64,000 nucleotides of DNA, taken from positions 34,467 through 98,466 of the forward strand of contig MGHM01000004.1 of NCBI GenBank assembly GCA_001793235.1, read 5' to 3'. Shown here piece by piece: positions 61,394-64,000 of this stretch; the first letter of the stretch is position 1; every line of letters begins with the position of its first letter. The DNA is from Candidatus Woesebacteria bacterium RIFCSPLOWO2_01_FULL_44_24b (GTDB lineage Bacteria; Patescibacteriota; Microgenomatia; UBA8517). A program made the position numbers and the translations under genes. The notes under the pieces are model-generated. The model was given only the letters and a program-made list of their open reading frames with translations, was not told where the DNA came from and searched no databases.

Positions 61394-62455
61394 CTAACTC
61401 TCTCTCTTCACCTGAATCAACATTCCAAAAGTTGCCATTGTGGCTATAAGCGAGCTGCCGCCTGCGGAAACCAAAGGCAAAGGCTGGCCGGTAATGGGTA
61501 GTAGTCCCATATTCATACCAACATGGATCAGGACTTGAATAAACAAAGTGGTGAAAACCCCTGCTGCAAAGGCCCGGGCAACCGGGTTTATTGCGTTTTC
61601 CAAAATAATCACAATTCTATAAAGCACAAAGAATGTTAAAGCAATTACGAGCCCTGCCCCAACAAAGCCCAACTCCTCGGCAATACTAGCAAATATAAAG
61701 TCCGTATGCCGCTCCGGCAAAAAAGCAAGCTGGGTTTGAATTCCCTCGCCCAGTCCCCGTCCAGTGAACATACCCGAGCCTACTGCAATCATGGACTGAA
61801 TGCTGTTGTATCCTGCACCCGCGGGGTCTGCGACTGGCGAAATCAAGGCCATCACTCGGGCTTTTTGATATGGTGCCAAAATAAGCCATAAAAACGGGCT
61901 CACCGCGAGTATTGTGGCTCCAATAAATAGAAGCATCTTTTTGTTGTATTTTAAGGACAACCCGACACCGGCAAAACCAGCAATCGTCAGCGCGGCAACC
62001 CCTAGTGAGGGCTGAAGTAAAATTAACACTACGGGAAGCAGAAGAAGTACAAAAGCTTGGGCCAGAATTTTGACAGACAGCTCACGATCAACTAAAAAAT
62101 TGGCGAAAAAGAGGATTAAAAAAGGCCTGACAAGCTCTGTAGGCTGAATTGTAAAGTTGCCAATTTGAATCCAGCGGGTTGCTCCTCTGGTAACCTCTCC
62201 AATAATCAGTGGCAAAATGAGAAATATTATGCTTAGAAAGTAAACGTGTTTTGAAAAGAGGGACAAAATATCAAACTCAATTTGAGAAAATACAAGAAAG
62301 GCTAGAATGCCCAGAATGATGTATATAAAATAAGTTGGAAAAACCTCGGGAGCTATTGATCGGAGAGCCATAAGCCCCATAACTATGAGCCCTGCCATCC
62401 CCACAATTAGCGCGGGTTCCCGCTTAAAAACCGAGATAATCAAGGACTTGTTCAT
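61394..62455 (-). CDS. FtsW/RodA/SpoVE family peptidoglycan glycosyltransferase
   Basis: 10-TM SEDS protein with the conserved C-terminal pattern ...PLPLVSAGGSSL... Confidence 0.8.
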   Translation of the reverse strand: MNKSLIISVFKREPALIVGMAGLIVMGLMALRSIAPEVFPTYFIYIILGILAFLVFSQIEFDILSLFSKHVYFLSIIFLILPLIIGEVTRGATRWIQIGNFTIQPTELVRPFLILFFANFLVDRELSVKILAQAFVLLLLPVVLILLQPSLGVAALTIAGFAGVGLSLKYNKKMLLFIGATILAVSPFLWLILAPYQKARVMALISPVADPAGAGYNSIQSMIAVGSGMFTGRGLGEGIQTQLAFLPERHTDFIFASIAEELGFVGAGLVIALTFFVLYRIVIILENAINPVARAFAAGVFTTLFIQVLIHVGMNMGLLPITGQPLPLVSAGGSSLIATMATFGMLIQVKRES

Positions 62456-64000
62456 TTGGGGGTAACTTTGAATTCGCCTTGTGCGAGACTCACTATCAAG
62501 GCTTTTTTCTTGATTTCTCCTTCAAACTCTTTTGGCCACTGGGGAAGCACGACATCAATATTTTGATCAAGCCTTGTGCCCAAGCGCTTCCTTTCATCCT
62601 GGATTTGGCGGATAAGCTTCCGCGCCTCCCCTTCGGCTTTAAGTTCTGGAGTGATGTTTGTATCAAGCTCAACCTTCATCTCATCTCCACCCCTCACAAC
62701 TACTTCTTTAACGTTCACTTCGTCTTTAAAAAGTTCTCTCAGCCAACTATCAAGTTGCTTTATTCCATACACATCAGCCTTTGCTAGAGGTTGCCTTACT
62801 GGAATTTGCAGCGTCTTGCGCTCAGCATGAGCTTTCTCGACAAGAATAAGATAATCTTTCATACCAGAAATGAGTTGTGAGTCCTGGGCCTTTCTTAATG
62901 CTTTTGGCCAGTTTTCTAAATGCACGGATTCCTTTTCAGTCAAATTAGTAAACATGATGTCGCTTAGATAAGGAGTAAAGGGCGCCAACAAAAGAGATAT
63001 GTTAACTAAAACAACATAGGTTGTGTTGAAAAAGCCGTCATCTCTTCTTGTTCTTGACCTTCTTACATAAATATTTGAAAGGTCTTCTATAAAACTTTCT
63101 ATCGCCACTGTGGCCTTTTGAGTATCGTAAGAATCTAACGAACTAGTGACAATCCTGATTGTCTCTTGTAATCTGGCACTTATCCAATAATCTAACTTGC
63201 TCTTGCTTACTATTACATCTCCCTTGGGCTTCCAGCCACTTAGGCTGGCATAAGTTACAAAATAGTTATAGATATTCCAAAGCTTTAAATGAAACTGCCT
63301 GCGCGTTTCATCTGCCAGGCGATAACCAAAAAGCATGTTTTCAGAAGGATTAGCACGCGAGTACATCCAGCGCATGACATCAGCTCCCATTTTATCCGCC
63401 CCTTCGTTAAATTCTATTGAGTTGCCCCAAGACTTATGCATTGGCCTGCCATCCTCAGCTAAAAGTGTCGCAAACCCAAGCACGGTCTTGAAAGGATTAG
63501 TATTTTCCAAAACCGTACTCATTGCAACGAGTGAATAAAACCAGTTTTTAAATTGGCCCGGGAAGCTCTCGGTTATAAAATCCGCCGGGAACCACTTTTC
63601 CCACTCTTTTCGGTTTTTCAGATAAAGCGGCTCACCCTGGTTATTTTCCTCTATAGTTGAGAAAGGAACTATTCCAGCGTCCAGCCAAACATTACCAACG
63701 TCTGGAAGTCTCTCTACTTTTTCGCCGCATTTGGCGCACTTAATCTTGACTTCATCAATCCACGGCTTGTGCGGCGTGTGTCCCTCAAACTTTTCCCAGC
63801 CTTCTATTGCTTTTTCTTTCAACTCTTCCCGGCTCCCAATAACCTCGAAATTACCACATTTATTGCACTCATAAATTGGAAGAGCCAAGCCCCAATAGCG
63901 ATTGGGTTTACTTATAAGCCAATCGTGCATGTTATTGAGCCAGTCAAGTTCCCGCTCCAACCCAAACTCTGGAATCCACTTTATTTTTTTGACCACTGCC
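62452..64000 (-). CDS. ileS: isoleucine--tRNA ligase, C-terminal portion (5' end beyond the window)
   Basis: KMSKS-type motif (MHKSWGNS), an anticodon-binding helical domain and C-terminal CxxC zinc-binding pairs. Valyl-tRNA synthetase cannot be excluded. Confidence 0.65.
   Translation of the reverse strand, partial: AVVKKIKWIPEFGLERELDWLNNMHDWLISKPNRYWGLALPIYECNKCGNFEVIGSREELKEKAIEGWEKFEGHTPHKPWIDEVKIKCAKCGEKVERLPDVGNVWLDAGIVPFSTIEENNQGEPLYLKNRKEWEKWFPADFITESFPGQFKNWFYSLVAMSTVLENTNPFKTVLGFATLLAEDGRPMHKSWGNSIEFNEGADKMGADVMRWMYSRANPSENMLFGYRLADETRRQFHLKLWNIYNYFVTYASLSGWKPKGDVIVSKSKLDYWISARLQETIRIVTSSLDSYDTQKATVAIESFIEDLSNIYVRRSRTRRDDGFFNTTYVVLVNISLLLAPFTPYLSDIMFTNLTEKESVHLENWPKALRKAQDSQLISGMKDYLILVEKAHAERKTLQIPVRQPLAKADVYGIKQLDSWLRELFKDEVNVKEVVVRGGDEMKVELDTNITPELKAEGEARKLIRQIQDERKRLGTRLDQNIDVVLPQWPKEFEGEIKKKALIVSLAQGEFKVTPK

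Overview
This 64-kb window is a densely packed bacterial chromosome segment with roughly 43-45% GC. Many adjacent genes overlap by 4 nt (ATGA), consistent with a small streamlined genome. The streamlined gene set fits a Patescibacteria/CPR-like bacterium, but that is inference only. Housekeeping content includes a pyrD 3' end and an F-type ATP synthase operon (atpI-like, B, E, F, A, G, D, C) in which I could not find a delta (OSCP) gene. There are also secG, cyclophilin, a solute-binding protein, a glycolytic/sugar-phosphate block (gpmI, eno, ppsA, pgi/pmi, pmm), holA-like, ruvC, rplS, dnaE, a gatCAB operon interrupted by an MFS transporter, def, htpX, lemA, PolX, NUDIX, CBS and LysM proteins, a cell-envelope glycosyltransferase/flippase/ligase cluster, an ABC exporter, lepB, parB, rpmA, rplU, rodA/ftsW and a partial ileS. 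Six tRNAs are present (His, Asp, Gly, Thr, Val and partial fragments). The most distinctive part is a nucleotide-excision-repair/SOS neighbourhood spanning about 12.5-25.9 kb. It contains a truncated radC followed by an 866-aa DNA methyltransferase with a zinc ribbon and a possible C-terminal nuclease-like domain. A uvrA, secreted transglutaminase-like, uvrC operon follows. Next to it is a 1.4-kb single-gene insertion into the 3' end of uvrB, flanked by a duplicated copy of the uvrB tail. lexA sits divergently from uvrB, and a conserved roughly 40-bp extended -10 promoter/operator motif is shared by uvrA and uvrB/lexA. No CRISPR arrays, transposases or integrases were recognised.
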